Source: Octopus sinensis (lineage: Eukaryota). From it: a stretch of 64,000 nt of DNA. Shown here one piece after another: positions 13,446 to 26,557 of the stretch. The stretch lies in contig NC_043002.1 of the NCBI RefSeq assembly GCF_006345805.1, forward strand, positions 7,812,001-7,876,000, read 5' to 3'. Below the pieces are notes generated by a model. That model saw nothing but the letters and a program-made list of their open reading frames with translations. It had not been told where the DNA came from and did not search any database. Every line of letters starts with the position of its first letter. Position 1 is the first letter of the stretch. Both the position numbers and the translations under genes were made by a program.

Positions 13446-13938
13446 TTCATCTTATTGATAATATTGAGTAAGAATTATCAATATAGTGGTTAAAATGTAT
13501 GTGTGTGTACGTTTGTGTGTGTGTGTGTTGGACGTGAGTGTGAGATAGCGGTCGATATTTCCCTGTTATAATGAAAGCCTTTTAAGCAGTTCATTATCCT
13601 ATTCTGAGATATCTAGTGTCTTTATATTTGTTCATTTGTTCCATGTACGTTCGTGCATGTGTACGCACGAATGCAAAATAGAAAACAAACATGAACGTTT
13701 GCATGAATGTTTATGTGTGCACGTATAAATGCATGTATATATGAATGCATGTAACGTTTGTTTGTTTGTTTGCTTTTTCTTTTGAAACTCAATGAATACA
13801 GATTGTAAAGCAAAATATTTTTTTCGCTCCAAAACTCGATGCAATTACTCAGTGTCATTGTATCAAATTTTCCGTCGAAATATGTGCACGCAATTGTGTG
13901 TGCATGACTATATACATACATCTATACCACACGCAAAT

Positions 13939-13940
13939 AA

Positions 13941-14037
<97 letters not shown>

Positions 14038-14120
14038 CAGACAGATAGATACGTAGATGGATATATGGATAGATGTATGTATGTATGGAGGGATGGAGGG
14101 ATGGATGGATGGATGGATAC
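13939..14120. repeat. (GATA)n/(GGAT)n microsatellite
   Basis: Direct reading. Confidence 0.95.
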
Positions 14121-14275
14121 TGATATGGTGATGCAAACGGGATAAATAGAACTCAAAATATGAACATATGCATTTTTATTAATATTTAATAGAAGCAAAA
14201 CGGTGAGTTAAAGGCCGAATATTTCGTGAGTTGGCAGTTATTAAACTCTCTCCCTCTCTCTCTCTCTCATATATG

Positions 14276-14354
<79 letters not shown>

Positions 14355-14399
14355 AATATATAAATGAAGTTAAACGCAGGTGTTATTCAAATCTTTTTA

Positions 14400-14487
14400 C
14401 TTCCGACATATGTTTCGAAGAAAACATTGGTATATTCCAGACGGAATAAAATGGTGTGAAACAATGTAATATTGTCATCAGGGAAAG
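14400..14487 (-). ncRNA. type I hammerhead motif with long stem II
   Basis: Minus strand: ctttcc-CTGATGA-58 nt-GAAAC-atat-GTC-ggaag; stem I UUUCC/GGAAG; palindromic ACATATGT. Confidence 0.5.
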
Positions 14488-14984
14488 AAAGAAACCAAAC
14501 ACATCAATAAGAGATTTTAATAGAATGTGATGACTGCGTATATGATGAAGGGAACGCTAGCAATTTTTTTTTAAACCGTTAATAGATATAATGTCGAAGC
14601 AGTTTATAGGAAGAGAAAGAGGAGGAAGAAACAAATTAGCAGAAAACTAATAGTGGGGAGATATAGAGCGATAGAAACTAATGGGAATAAAGCTTAAAGG
14701 CTTGGAAGTAGATATATTTAGTGGAAGTGAAATATAAGAAGACAGTTAAAGGTCTTCTTACATTTTTATAGAATGGTAGACATTACTTATAGGAACAAAA
14801 GGTATGTCTCTGCTAATGTTTAGAACGATAAACACGTTCTTTAAACGTGTTTACAAGAGGATTCTCTGAGAACAGGATCAAATACAATTCATCGTTACAA
14901 AGCGGACAGAAAGATTTGCCTTTATCATACGGAGGAAATGATTTAGATAAGAATATTCCATTCTAAATCAAATTGTTTATTACG

Positions 14985-15015
<31 letters not shown>

Positions 15016-15049
15016 TGTATGTATGTATGTATGTATATATAGTGAGTAT

Positions 15050-15260
15050 GTACAAAAAAAAACAAAAAACGAAGTCGGATGTGTAAACAACGAACAGATG
15101 CATTAGTTTAACGCTCGGGAAGTGATAAAGTCTTTTACGTTTCGAGCCTACGCTCTTCTACAGAAAGGAATACAGAAATAAACCGAGAGAGAAAATAGTA
15201 AAGGGTTTAATGGCTAGCGATCTATCTTGCCGAATGCCAGACAGAGGGATCTCTCTCCCT
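15050..15260 (-). mobile_element. pLTR-like repeat with A6U hammerhead variant (15131-15168)
   Basis: Minus strand: ccttt-CTGTAGA-a-gagc gtag gctc-GAAAC-GTA-aaaga; paralog at 30030-30250. Confidence 0.55.
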
Positions 15261-15343
15261 CTTTCCCTCTCTCTCACTCTCTCTCTCTCTCTCTCTCTAT
15301 CTCTATCTATATATATTATATATATACACACCACACACACAAC

Positions 15344-15396
<53 letters not shown>

Positions 15397-15402
15397 TATA
15401 TA

Positions 15403-15706
15403 TCACGTGACCACGTGACCGACCAGACCATCAGATGTTGTTAAACATCGCTGGTCACAATGCATTCGCATTGTTTTAGCCTTTGAATGACGCAAACCCC
15501 GCTGGCTAAGCGAGCAGGTCAACAGAAGAAAAAGTGGGAGGAAGAGTGGTGAAAGAGTACAGCAGGGATCACCACCCCCTGCCGGAGCGTCGTGGAGCTT
15601 TTAGGTGTTTTCGCTCAATAAACACTCACAACGCCCGGTCTGGGAATCGAAACCGCGATCCTACGACCACGAGTCCGCTGCCCTAACCACTAGGCATTTG
15701 CGCCTC

Positions 15707-15707
<1 letters not shown>
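15403..15707 (-). mobile_element. SINE family B, tail type 3
   Basis: Same head and body as 3454 and 7606; distinct tail ending gtcggtcacgtggtcacgtgata. Confidence 0.8.
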
Positions 15708-15781
<74 letters not shown>

Positions 15782-16189
15782 TATATATGTATGTATGCAT
15801 GTTTGCATATATATGGTTTAATGTACTCAGGTTTAATATGTCTGAGCCCGTCCTGCGGCATGTGGCGTTGACATGCTAGAGTTCTGACTGCTTAGTTCTA
15901 GTCCGGGATGGCGCATAACGTAGCTACCGAGCCTCAATCGGTGTTGTCGAAAATTTGTGATCACTAACAGTCGGCCAGATGATGGTCAGCATACATCACG
16001 AAATATTCTCGGCCATATGTCAATTAGTATGTTCAAAGATCAAAAATAAAATGGATCATTTCATTAGAAACATGTTTAAGGATAAAAATATCTAAATGAA
16101 ATCATTTGATCGGATGCATTGGCAAAATACAGTATTAAACTGATAGAAAAGTATAAAATAAATAACAGTGTAAGGCACAAAGATGAGTA

Positions 16190-16345
16190 GGTGGCAAAAA
16201 GTTTGCTTAGCAACCACGTGGTTTCGGTTTCAGTCACCCTGCCCAGCACCTTAGGCCAGTAAATTCCACTATAGCACTGATCCTGTGAACGTTTTGTAAA
16301 TAAATTTGACCGATGGAAAACTGTACAGCAGAAATCCCTGGTATA
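16190..16345 (+). mobile_element. degenerate SINE family C 5' part
   Basis: Similar to the reverse complement of 30600-30750. Confidence 0.5.
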
Positions 16346-16368
16346 TATATATTATATATATTATATAT

Positions 16369-16400
<32 letters not shown>

Positions 16401-16504
16401 ATATATTATATTCTAGTTAATCCAAAAATGAAAACACAACAACGCGAGGACGTGGAAGAAGTATAGTGTTATTGGACGCTCAGGAAGGAAGGGAAGAAGG
16501 AGGA

Positions 16505-16540
16505 TTTAACGTTTCGAGTGGAGCTCTTCGTCAGGAACAT
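16505..16540 (-). ncRNA. minimal hammerhead motif
   Basis: Minus strand: atgttc-CTGACGA-a-gagc tcc actc-GAAAC-GTT-aaa; intact core, weak stem I. Confidence 0.5.
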
Positions 16541-17199
16541 AGGAAAAGGAAAGATCCAGAGAAGGGAAGACGGAGGGAAAAAAATCGCCACGCGGTGTGC
16601 GTGGGTGCGTGGGTGTGTGTGTGTGTGTGTGTGTGTGCTTGTGTGCCTGTGTCTGTGTGTGTGTCTGTGTGTCTTTGAACGAATGTTTGTCTCCTCACTG
16701 TTTGAGAGAACAGGTATTGGTTTGTTTACGTGCCTTGACAAAAGAAATCGATAGCAAATACTGGAATCAGTTTATTCGACTAACCCGAGAAGGCGATGTT
16801 CCGGCATAGCTGCAGTCATATCACTCATACTTTCACTGAAGAAAGATGAGAAAAAAAATAAATAAAAAATGTCCGCTGTCACTTTCTCCCCCACCCCACC
16901 CTCTCTCTCTCTCCCTCACACACACACACAACACACACTTTTTGTCTCGCACCCCACCCCAATCAACAAATACACACATCTATGTCTATTTCTTCTCTCT
17001 TTCACTTTAAGCTGACAAAATGTGCATTTCCTCTCACAAAAATACAAAAATAAATGTTTTAGGGAATTTACCGAACGCTGTAAGGTAACAGCTGAGCTGC
17101 GCGCACACGCCCTCGTGTTAAAACGAAAGATTGCTAAAATAGCCAAAATTTCTAATGTTTTAATTTTTTTTATTTTTATGAGATAATTCCATTAATTAA

Positions 17200-17699
17200 T
17201 ACAGAAGACGTAATTAAACTAATTGCAAATTAGCAGTGTAGTTGATAATTTTTTCCTCACCTCTATGACGCCGGTGACATATATTAAAAGTCCCCTTATA
17301 GAACTATAGTCATAAAAATGTAGTTCCGTTTTGCGCTTCACCCTCAAATTTGAGAAACCATCGCTCATAACTTTTTCTTTTAAAACTTCATTGCAAGAGA
17401 TTGATACCATGAAATTCCTCAAATTGAGCTCTACCATTTAAGCTTAATTAAAATTTAGTTTGTTTTTAAAATGAAAGAGTTAATAATACTTAAATCCAAT
17501 TTTTTGCCTTACTGATATCTTTTTCATGATATTTGACCTCTCAACATTTTTTTATACAAATTTTTCTGCATGGGACCAAATTATGAAATTCTTTATGCTT
17601 TCTTCTATCATTGAAGCTAAGATAAATATATTTTGCTTTTAAAATAAAAAAAGTTATTTTGATCTAAACTTGATTGGAGGCGTTACTTACTCTCCTATA
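17200..17699. mobile_element. possible old TA-flanked MITE
   Basis: Weak terminal inverted similarity (tacagaagacgtaattaa / gttacttactctcctata); no coding trace. Confidence 0.3.
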
Positions 17700-17956
17700 A
17701 CGTTGCCACAAATTTTGATGCAAACTTTTTCTACTGGATCAAATCTCAATTTTTTTATGCCAAAATGTGTTAAGAACTGAAGTAGCGACAAAGCTCTGAA
17801 GATGCTGCGAGTAAGTAAATTGCGGCCTTAAGAATATTATTCAACTACTGCCGTAGTTGAATGATACATACATACATACATACAAACATACATTCATACA
17901 TACATACATGCATACATACATGCATACATACATACATACATACATACATACATACA

Positions 17957-17984
<28 letters not shown>

Positions 17985-17987
<3 letters not shown>

Positions 17988-18105
17988 CCTGTTGATGTTG
18001 AAATTCCAATGAAGGAGCCTTGGATCTAGATCAGAAACCGGTTCTTCTCTATTGGCAAGAAATCTTGAAATAAACTCAATAATGACAAACATGCATACAT
18101 AAATG
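17985..18105 (+). repeat. short dispersed repeat; second copy at 35895-35995
   Basis: gttgaaatt(c/t)caatgaaggagccttg(g/c)atctag..agaaaccgg occurs at both sites next to (CATA)n. Confidence 0.7.
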
Positions 18106-18385
18106 TTTATGTATAAATAAAGATGTATAAATAAAGATATAATAGTGAATTATAGGTGGCTGAGTACTTCATAGACAGGTATATTTTTTGCACATATAAA
18201 GAACTAACGTTCACCATATAAAAGATTCAATATAAGTGTTGAGTTTAGAGTCTGTTAGAAGTGTATTAACAGTGAACTGGAAATTTTACAAGGTATGTGG
18301 CCGATTCAGATTGCTGGAATTAGAGCCACATACACAGCGAAATTGCATGTAATAATCCATGATATATAGAGACATACGTAACCGC

Positions 18386-18421
<36 letters not shown>

Positions 18422-18643
18422 ACATACACAGATATGGGTCTCTGAACATTTGACGTGGTGAATGGTTCCCTACATCTACAAAACTTGCAATAATGTATTT
18501 ACATAGCGTGTATGTGCGTGTGTGAGTGTGTATCAGTGTGTGTGTGTGAGTGTCTGTGAGTGCACGCGCGGGTATGTGTATGTGTGCGTGCGTGTGTGCA
18601 TGTATGTATACATTTACATAAATATACATATGCATATATATAT

Positions 18644-18677
<34 letters not shown>

Positions 18678-18741
18678 CCATTTAGTGGTGTAGCTGTATA
18701 TACCATTTAGTGCTTACAATTATCAAGTATTCACCCTGAAT

Positions 18742-18774
<33 letters not shown>

Positions 18775-18792
18775 TATATATATATACATTTA

Positions 18793-18855
<63 letters not shown>

Positions 18856-19679
18856 ATATATATTATATATATATATGTATATAAAAACTCATATGTACAT
18901 ATATATGTATATGCATACATTATATGTGTGGTGTGGGTATATGTGTGAATGTGTGTGTATGCGTGTGTGAGGCAGAGCGAGCGAGAGAGAGAGAATGGAG
19001 AAGAGTGAGAGACAAAAGATATAGACTCTAAAGTAGCCCCGTGTTCTACCGCTAGCAACTGGAGACACAGGGAAACATGTATTAACCTGAAGCTTATATA
19101 TTATTTATAAAGAAAGGTAATAAATTTATTTCTAATGTGGTTGTCGTTTGCATCATCTCTTCTGAAGATATTAAGTAAAAGGTGTGCGTGTGTGTGTTGT
19201 GTGGTGTGTGTGTGTGTGTGTGTGTCTTTGTGTTGATGTGTCTCTGAGACTGAGGAGAAAGAAAGAGGAACAGAAAAAGGGAAGGATTAAAGGAAGAAAG
19301 TGGGGTGTGGATATAAAGAAAAGGAATGGAAAGAAGAATAGACCGGGAGTGAAAGAAATTTAGAGAGAGAGAGAGAGAGTGTGTGAACGAGAAAGAGATA
19401 AATGAGTCAGGTAAGACAAGAGAATAGATGAAGAGAGAAAGAGAGAGGGAGATATATAGAAGAAAGAAAGGTAGTGTCGAATCCAAGGAAATTTACACAC
19501 ACACATACACATACACACATACACATACAAACACATACATACATATATATATAGAGAGAGGAGGAAGTTACATACATACACACACACACATATGTATACA
19601 TATATACGCAGACAGAGAATGAAAGAGAGTTAAAGAGGGAATGAGAATGGGGTTGAGAGAAAGAGAGAGAGAGAGAGAG

Positions 19680-19736
<57 letters not shown>

Positions 19737-20228
19737 GGGTTAATTCTCCCCACTTCAGAAACAGTAAAAATGAATCTTTATAATGATAACGTGCAAATGT
19801 ATGCAGTTTCCATTTGTTTATATGTGAAGAAGTAATTAGATGTGAGAGAGAGAAAGAGGAAAGATGGAGAGCGGATTTTCTCAGGTATACTAATGAAGGA
19901 CATAACAAGCAACTTCGAAGGGAAAACGATGCAGGTATATCATAATAATTGAAAGGTGAACTTAACGGTCTATCAATGTACATTTTTGAAGCGCTGATAG
20001 ATGTTATGGAAACTAGTGGAAGAGATGGCAATGGTAGTATGGGGTGATTGTTATGGTGGGAAGGCTAGTCTATGTTGATATTGTTCTTTCCAAATTTAGA
20101 GCAGATTTATTATGAGCAATGAGCTTCCAGCCGTGACTATTCTGCCATTTTAACGGGGGAGTGGGGAGTGTATGATAACAGTAACCAAGGCGTCTTTTCT
20201 GTGTTTATGACAGCATGGTATGTTTCAA

Positions 20229-20459
20229 GGGAGAGCTCGCAGAACCGTTAGCACGCCGGGCGAAATGCCTTGCGGTATTTCGTCTGCCGTTACGTTCTGA
20301 GTTCAAATTCCACCGAGGTCGACTTTGCCTTTCATTCTTTCGGGGTCGATAAATTAAGTACCAGTTACGCACTGGGGTCGATGTAACCGACTTAATACCT
20401 ATGTGTGTCCTTGTTTGTCCCCTCTATGTTTAGCCCCTTGTGGGTAGTAAAGAAATAGG
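20229..20459 (+). mobile_element. SINE family A
   Basis: Near-consensus body; flanks ggtatgtttcaagggaga / ggtatgctttaagggaga resemble a decayed TSD. Confidence 0.9.
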
Positions 20460-20817
20460 TATGCTTTAAGGGAGATTCAGTCGCTAACTGTGCAGTCTAG
20501 AAGAGGTACCTTTGCTGGCACTGACCACAAATCAAGGATTTGGAAGCTATTCGCACATTTTGGACATTTTTATTATTATAACGATCGATATAAGGACTTT
20601 CACGAATTTATTTTATTACACTATATATGTATATATCTATATATTCTATATATACTTCATTAAATAATCTTCACTGATGGGATTTCAAGGATTTCAACAT
20701 TACACTCCTATGTATTGGTTTACTATGTAGTTTGAGCCGGGTCCACGGAAGGACTTTTTTGTGATTATCACCGGATTATATAAACCCATATATTTGCACT
20801 ATATTCGCTCTCTCTCC

Positions 20818-20855
<38 letters not shown>

Positions 20856-20924
20856 TACATACACACACAAACACACACACACATACATACACACACAAAC
20901 ACACACACACATATAAGCCATAAA

Positions 20925-21153
20925 GGCGGCGAGCTGGCAGAATCGTTAGCACGCCGGGCGAAATGCGTAGTCGTATTTCGTCTGCCGCTACGTTCTGAGT
21001 TCAAATTCCACCGAGGTCGACTTTGCCTTTCATCCTTTCGGGGTCGATAAATTAAGTACCAGTTACGCACTGGGGTCGATGTAACCGACTTAATCCCTCT
21101 GTCTGTCCTTGTTTGTCCTCTCTGTGTTTAGCCCCTTGTGGGTAGTAAAGAAA
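20925..21153 (+). mobile_element. SINE family A with 10-bp TSD
   Basis: TSD atataagcca at 20911-20920 and 21159-21168. Confidence 0.9.
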
Positions 21154-21449
21154 TATATATATAAGCCAGGAATTCTATCTATGTGTGCATATTCATATCT
21201 TTGACATATCTAAACTATTTTGTTCCCTGTTACACAAGCAATTCGTTACACGTTAACAATTCAAAAAAGACAACAATGCAATCTTCAGTAAGAAACAAAT
21301 CAAAGAATATCAATAAAATATAATACATGAAAAAAGTACAACAGTAACGACACCATTACGAATACTACATCAACCATAGTAAGATCAACAACAACAACAA
21401 TAGAATAAACTTGTGTAGCAAGTGTTTCCACATCACGAGAAAAAAGCGG

Positions 21450-21867
21450 GGATCTTTTCGGTTTGAACGGCAGTTTTTTAAGATAATTTCCACATAACTA
21501 AACACTTTTAAACTTCGTATACTGGTAGAATGTATTTATAAAACATCTTTTTCTCTTGGCTTTATTGAGAAAATTCTATAGTTTGTAAGATATTTGTTGC
21601 TGTTTCTTCTTCAATTTTTGCAATTTCAACCAATCAATGACGTCTATTGAGGTGAAAACATTCTGTGCCGTATGAATATGTCCCTCGTTTAAGAAACAGA
21701 TTGGGTTTATTTACATTTCTGAAGAAAAAAAAGATACCCTTCCCCCACCCCTAACCCTAACCGTAAAACAGATTGAATTGCAATAGATTGATACTAGGGT
21801 CATAATTATGGGTGACAATTTCATATGACACCGCTAGAAAAAACTGCCGGTCAAACCGAAAAGATCC
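21450..21867. mobile_element. 418-bp non-autonomous TIR element with internal CCCTAA repeats
   Basis: TIRs ggatcttttcggtttgaacggcagtttt / aaaactgccggtcaaaccgaaaagatcc (27/28 match). Confidence 0.85.
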
Positions 21868-22615
21868 AAAAGTACAACAGTAACGACACCATTACGAATA
21901 CTACATCAACCATAGTAAGATCAACAACAACAACAATAGAATATACTTGTGTAGCAATTGTTTCCACATAACGAGAAAAAAGCGGTAACCATCGCGAGTC
22001 ATGTTTGCTCCGCGTACCGTTTGAAATTTTGAGGTTGATAAGTATGAGAATATACGTGTATGTGTTTGTGTATATGTGGGTGCACACAACATATTTAGAT
22101 ACATAAATATACACACACATATTTACATATGTAAATGCGAGTGTATATTTACATATACCCCTCCACACACACACACACGCACAAACAAACAAGCTTACAT
22201 ACAAACTTTCAAAAGCAGTCGGTGGTTTTTTCATCTTCATAAGCTTCGTTTACAGTTCACCTGTGGTGTATGCATTTGTTAAACGTAAAACACTCTAAAA
22301 CGGTGACACTAGCAATAAACTTAAGAGGATTTCAAAACAGCAATAAAAACAAAAAAAAAAACAACAAAAGAACAAAAAGAAACACGAAAATAGTAATAGC
22401 AACAATAATGATCAAGTGTCTTATCTTTCCCTTTGACTCGTTCGAACACGCAACCCCCCGGTTAAGATGAAAGAACTTAAAACTTACACACAGAACAAAC
22501 GCTTGTCTATAATTGCCAATCAATACACAGCTCAGCGTCTTACACACGTAAGAATGTGTTCAAACTATATACAAATATTCGTACAGTACACACGTGTAAA
22601 TAACGATAAAAGCAA

Positions 22616-22695
<80 letters not shown>

Positions 22696-22699
22696 CAGG

Positions 22700-22865
22700 A
22701 TGTTTTGCTTTTGTATATTTTTAGTTTATGACTTCTGATGTTTTTATTATATATTAACGAATAAATTGTATATATAAATTGAGTACACACACACGCACAC
22801 GCACACACACACACACACACACATACACACACACACACACACATATATATATGTATGTATGTATG

Positions 22866-22902
<37 letters not shown>

Positions 22903-22987
22903 GATATTTTGCTTTTGTATACTTTTAGCTAATGACTTCTCATAGTTTTTTATTGTATCTACGCATAAGTTTATATATACATATATG

Positions 22988-23033
<46 letters not shown>

Positions 23034-23048
23034 CACACACACACATAC

Positions 23049-23083
<35 letters not shown>

Positions 23084-23218
23084 ATATATATATACATGCG
23101 TGTATATACATACATATACACATGCATATATATATATATATATACATACACACACACACACCACACACCACACACATACACACACACACACATACATATA
23201 TATATGTATGTATGTATG

Positions 23219-23253
<35 letters not shown>

Positions 23254-23492
23254 GATATTTTGCTTTTGTATACTTTTAGCTAATGACTTCTCATAGTTTT
23301 TTATTGTATCTACGCATAAGTTTATATATACATATATGCATACATATATATATATATATTATATATATATATTTATACATACATACATACATACATATAT
23401 ACACATACATATACATATAAATACATGTATATATATATATATACATGCGTGTATATACATACATATACACATGCATATATATATATATATAT

Positions 23493-23530
<38 letters not shown>
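22700..23530. repeat. microsatellite-embedded tandem duplication (about 350-bp period)
   Basis: atgatattttgcttttgtatacttttagctaatgacttctcatag at about 22902 and 23252; diverged third copy at about 22700. Confidence 0.85.
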
Positions 23531-23557
<27 letters not shown>

Positions 23558-24649
23558 AAAATACAATATGGGATAAGAACGCAAAACAGCCGGACAGTCA
23601 GGTGATACAAAACATCCAGGTAGACGATACAAAGAAAACAAAGACGAGTCGTTCGAAGTTTTCTTTCCTCAGTCGGGTACCAAATTATCTTTGCAATTTC
23701 GGCTGATTATATTCGAGATTGCTCCAATCAGGCCAGCTCCAAGGAAAAACTAAGCTAAGAGCATTAGATTCCTTGGAAGAAAGCAGCGAGTGTATACAAA
23801 AACAATGTTACACAAATACAATAAAATTAATAATAAGACATAACAAGAGGTGTCTTTCGACTAAGGACGAATTAAATTAAGCTGGCGTGTGTGGAAATAA
23901 AGTCTTACGGCAGACATACAAAATAAAGCCAATTGACAGGCGCTGCATGAAGAACTTTTCAGACTTAATAATTGTTATTCTCTCATATCCAATTTTGGTA
24001 TGCACACCTTATTGGTATTTCCTCTTAAGTTCTACATACTATGGGAATGCTTTAAAGCCCATTTCAGGGATACTTTATTTGAAATTTTACTATCGGGTAA
24101 CTGAGTTGCATGTTATTACGTAACTAACTGCACGATTTTGGTATTCATAGCCTATTGGGATCCCCTAAAAACAAGATCCTCTGTAAGATGGTTCGTTATT
24201 CTCTGCAAATGCACAAAGGTTACATACCTTCTATTGTTGCTATTCGATTAGCAACAATTAGCAAAACATAAATAACAAATATTAAATATTTTTATAAAAC
24301 ATATAACTAGATCTCAAAAAGTATAAAAATGAATGGTCAATATATAATAAATAAAAAAAGAAACTACGTACGTTTCATGGCTACAATTAAATTCGAATTA
24401 CAATTAAGTTGAAATTCAATTGAAGTAAATTTTTCGTAAACCCAAATCTGAAAGTCGTCCAATAGAGATAACTCAGACAGTCTTCACCACACTATTAAGC
24501 TGAATTAAAATAAACATGTTCACTCTCTTCATATTTGTATTAAGATTTAAAGAATATTCTGGCTCCCACAACCAATAACATTATGTGTGTGCGTGAGTGT
24601 GTGTGTGTGTGTACGTGTGTGTGAGTATGTGTGTGTGTGTATGTGAGTG

Positions 24650-24895
24650 TGTATGACACTATATCTCACGTTGCCCCAGTCCACTCAGCTGGCAAAAATG
24701 AGTAGTACCTCTATTTCAAAGGGTCAGCCTTGTCACATTCTATGTCACACCGAGCCTTCCTGAGAACTACGTTAAAGGTATGCGTGACTGCGGAGTACTC
24801 AGTCACAAGCACAGATATTTCACGAGCAAGATGTTGCGTAGATCAGATCAACCGGAACCTTTGTCATCGAAAAGGACTAAGTGGCAGTTTATATA
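24650..24895 (+). mobile_element. SINE 3' portion (related to 26875-27080 and 36095-36285)
   Basis: cacgttgc(c/t)cca(g/a)tccactca(g/a)ctg..aaaaatgagt motif is shared. Confidence 0.55.
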
Positions 24896-25054
24896 CGCAT
24901 CTCTCTCAATATATATGTATATAAACAATAATATCTATCTATCTATCTATAACCCTAGTGTTAATACAGTTCTATATTTAAGAGATGAGGGATTATGTAC
25001 ATTATTTACACTATTTACATTTGACGGATATTTGTCCTCATTTTGTTTGTTGTT

Positions 25055-25100
25055 AACACAACGTTTCGACTGATATACCCTCCAGCCTTCGTCAGATGTC
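25055..25100 (-). ncRNA. minimal type I hammerhead ribozyme motif, structurally complete
   Basis: Minus strand: gacat-CTGACGA-a-ggctg gagggtatat cagtc-GAAAC-GTT-gtgtt; stem I 5 bp, stem II 5 bp, palindromic ACGT. Confidence 0.65.
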
Positions 25101-25147
25101 TTGGGGGAATTTCGAAGCTGGATTCTCATTCCTAAGGTATTTTTCGA

Positions 25148-25178
<31 letters not shown>

Positions 25179-25189
25179 TATTATTATTA

Positions 25190-25280
<91 letters not shown>

Positions 25281-25281
25281 T

Positions 25282-26377
25282 TACGTTTGACTTTTGCTTT
25301 ACATTTGTACGAGTTGGCTCCAAGTCTCACCCAAAGGCCTCAAGAGACAATAAGTTAGAAGTTCATGATGGTGTCATGCTTAGGGTACCATATATTTGGT
25401 TTTGTACATAGTGTTGTTCTAGAGAATGTCTAAGAAAACATAAGAAAATTATGTGTTTGCTTTAAAACTTGAGACTATATTGAAAGTATTTTCCGTAGGA
25501 TATGGGCAGTTACCATGAGCACTATCTTTTGAATTTCTGCTATTTTGGGGTTTCCTGGTATCTGAACTATGTAGCAATCAGCCCCTTTTGCTATTATTCC
25601 CAGGGCACCCATGACAACAGGTATTATTTTAGTCTTCAGGCTTCACATTTTGCTAATTTCTATTTCAAGATCTTTATATTTGCTCAGTTTTTGGTAGGTC
25701 TTAACAGATACGTTTATATCGATTGGGACAGTCATATCAACGAGGAGGCATGTTTTTTTGTCTGAAGTCTTTCAATATGATGTCTGGCCTATTTGCATCT
25801 ATCTTCCTGTCAGTTTGAATGGTGAAGTTCCAGAGGAGTGAGATGTGATCATTTTCGAGCACTGGATGTGGTTTCTGTTCCCACCAGTTTTTATCATGGC
25901 TCAAGTCCAGGTTGTTGCAAATTACTCAGAGAATATATTGTGCTGCTCTATCATGTCTGTTGAGATACTCTGTAGGCGCAAGAAGACTGCACTTGGAGAG
26001 AACATGATCAATGGTTTCATTTTGTTGTTGACATACACGACATGTTGGGAAGCTGTCGGCCTGGTAGTTCCTTGTAGGTAGGCATTGATCTTGGGCTGCT
26101 ATGATAAACCCTTCTGTTTCAGAATTTAATCCAGAAGCCATTAGCCATTGATGAGTAAGGGCTTTTTTTAAGATCAGCGTTATTCGCTCTCTTTAGGTAT
26201 TTGCTACTGAGAGGTTTTTCATGCCATTTATCAGTCAAAATATCTAAGGCAGCAGTTTTAACACGGGTTTTCATGCGCTTAGCTTTTTCTGCGCTTGTTT
26301 CTCGTATGTCTAATTCCGGAATTTGCTGTATTTGGAATTCACTTAGATATTCCTTTGCCTGTTTTGTTACTGAGAAA

Positions 26378-26378
<1 letters not shown>
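25282..26378 (-). mobile_element. 5'-truncated R4/Dong-like non-LTR retrotransposon (zinc knuckle + restriction-like endonuclease)
   Basis: ETEGFIIAAQDQCLPTRNY..CRVCQQQNETIDHVLSKC..EYLNRHD; RPDIILKD..TCLLVDMTVP..KLSKYKDLEIEI..IIPVVMGALG; (AAT)n on both sides. Confidence 0.9.
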
Positions 26379-26434
<56 letters not shown>

Positions 26435-26438
<4 letters not shown>

Positions 26439-26509
26439 TCACTTCCTGGAATCGAACTCGGGATCTTGGGGTTAGTAGCGTGCGCTCTTAACCACTACGC
26501 CATATGCCC
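26435..26509 (-). mobile_element. tRNA-like SINE head / tRNA pseudogene
   Basis: Minus strand gggcataTGGCGTAGTGGttaagagc...GAGTTCGATTCCagg with A and B boxes. Confidence 0.65.
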
Positions 26510-26511
26510 AA

Positions 26512-26557
26512 GATACCTGATGAAGGCTGGAGAGCATATCAGCCGAAACGTTATGTT
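26512..26557 (+). ncRNA. minimal type I hammerhead motif
   Basis: gatac-CTGATGA-a-ggctg gagagcatat cagcc-GAAAC-GTT-atgtt; C-A mismatch at the first stem I pair. Confidence 0.6.

Noticed and set aside
23641-23676. Minus-strand CTGAGGA-aag aaaa ctt-c-GAAC...GTC
   Set aside because: Missing one A of GAAA and only 2 bp of stem I; counted only as a decayed relic.
26435-26509. Functional tRNA gene
   Set aside because: A and B boxes are present, but I could not fold a canonical cloverleaf with a proper acceptor stem; treated as a SINE head.
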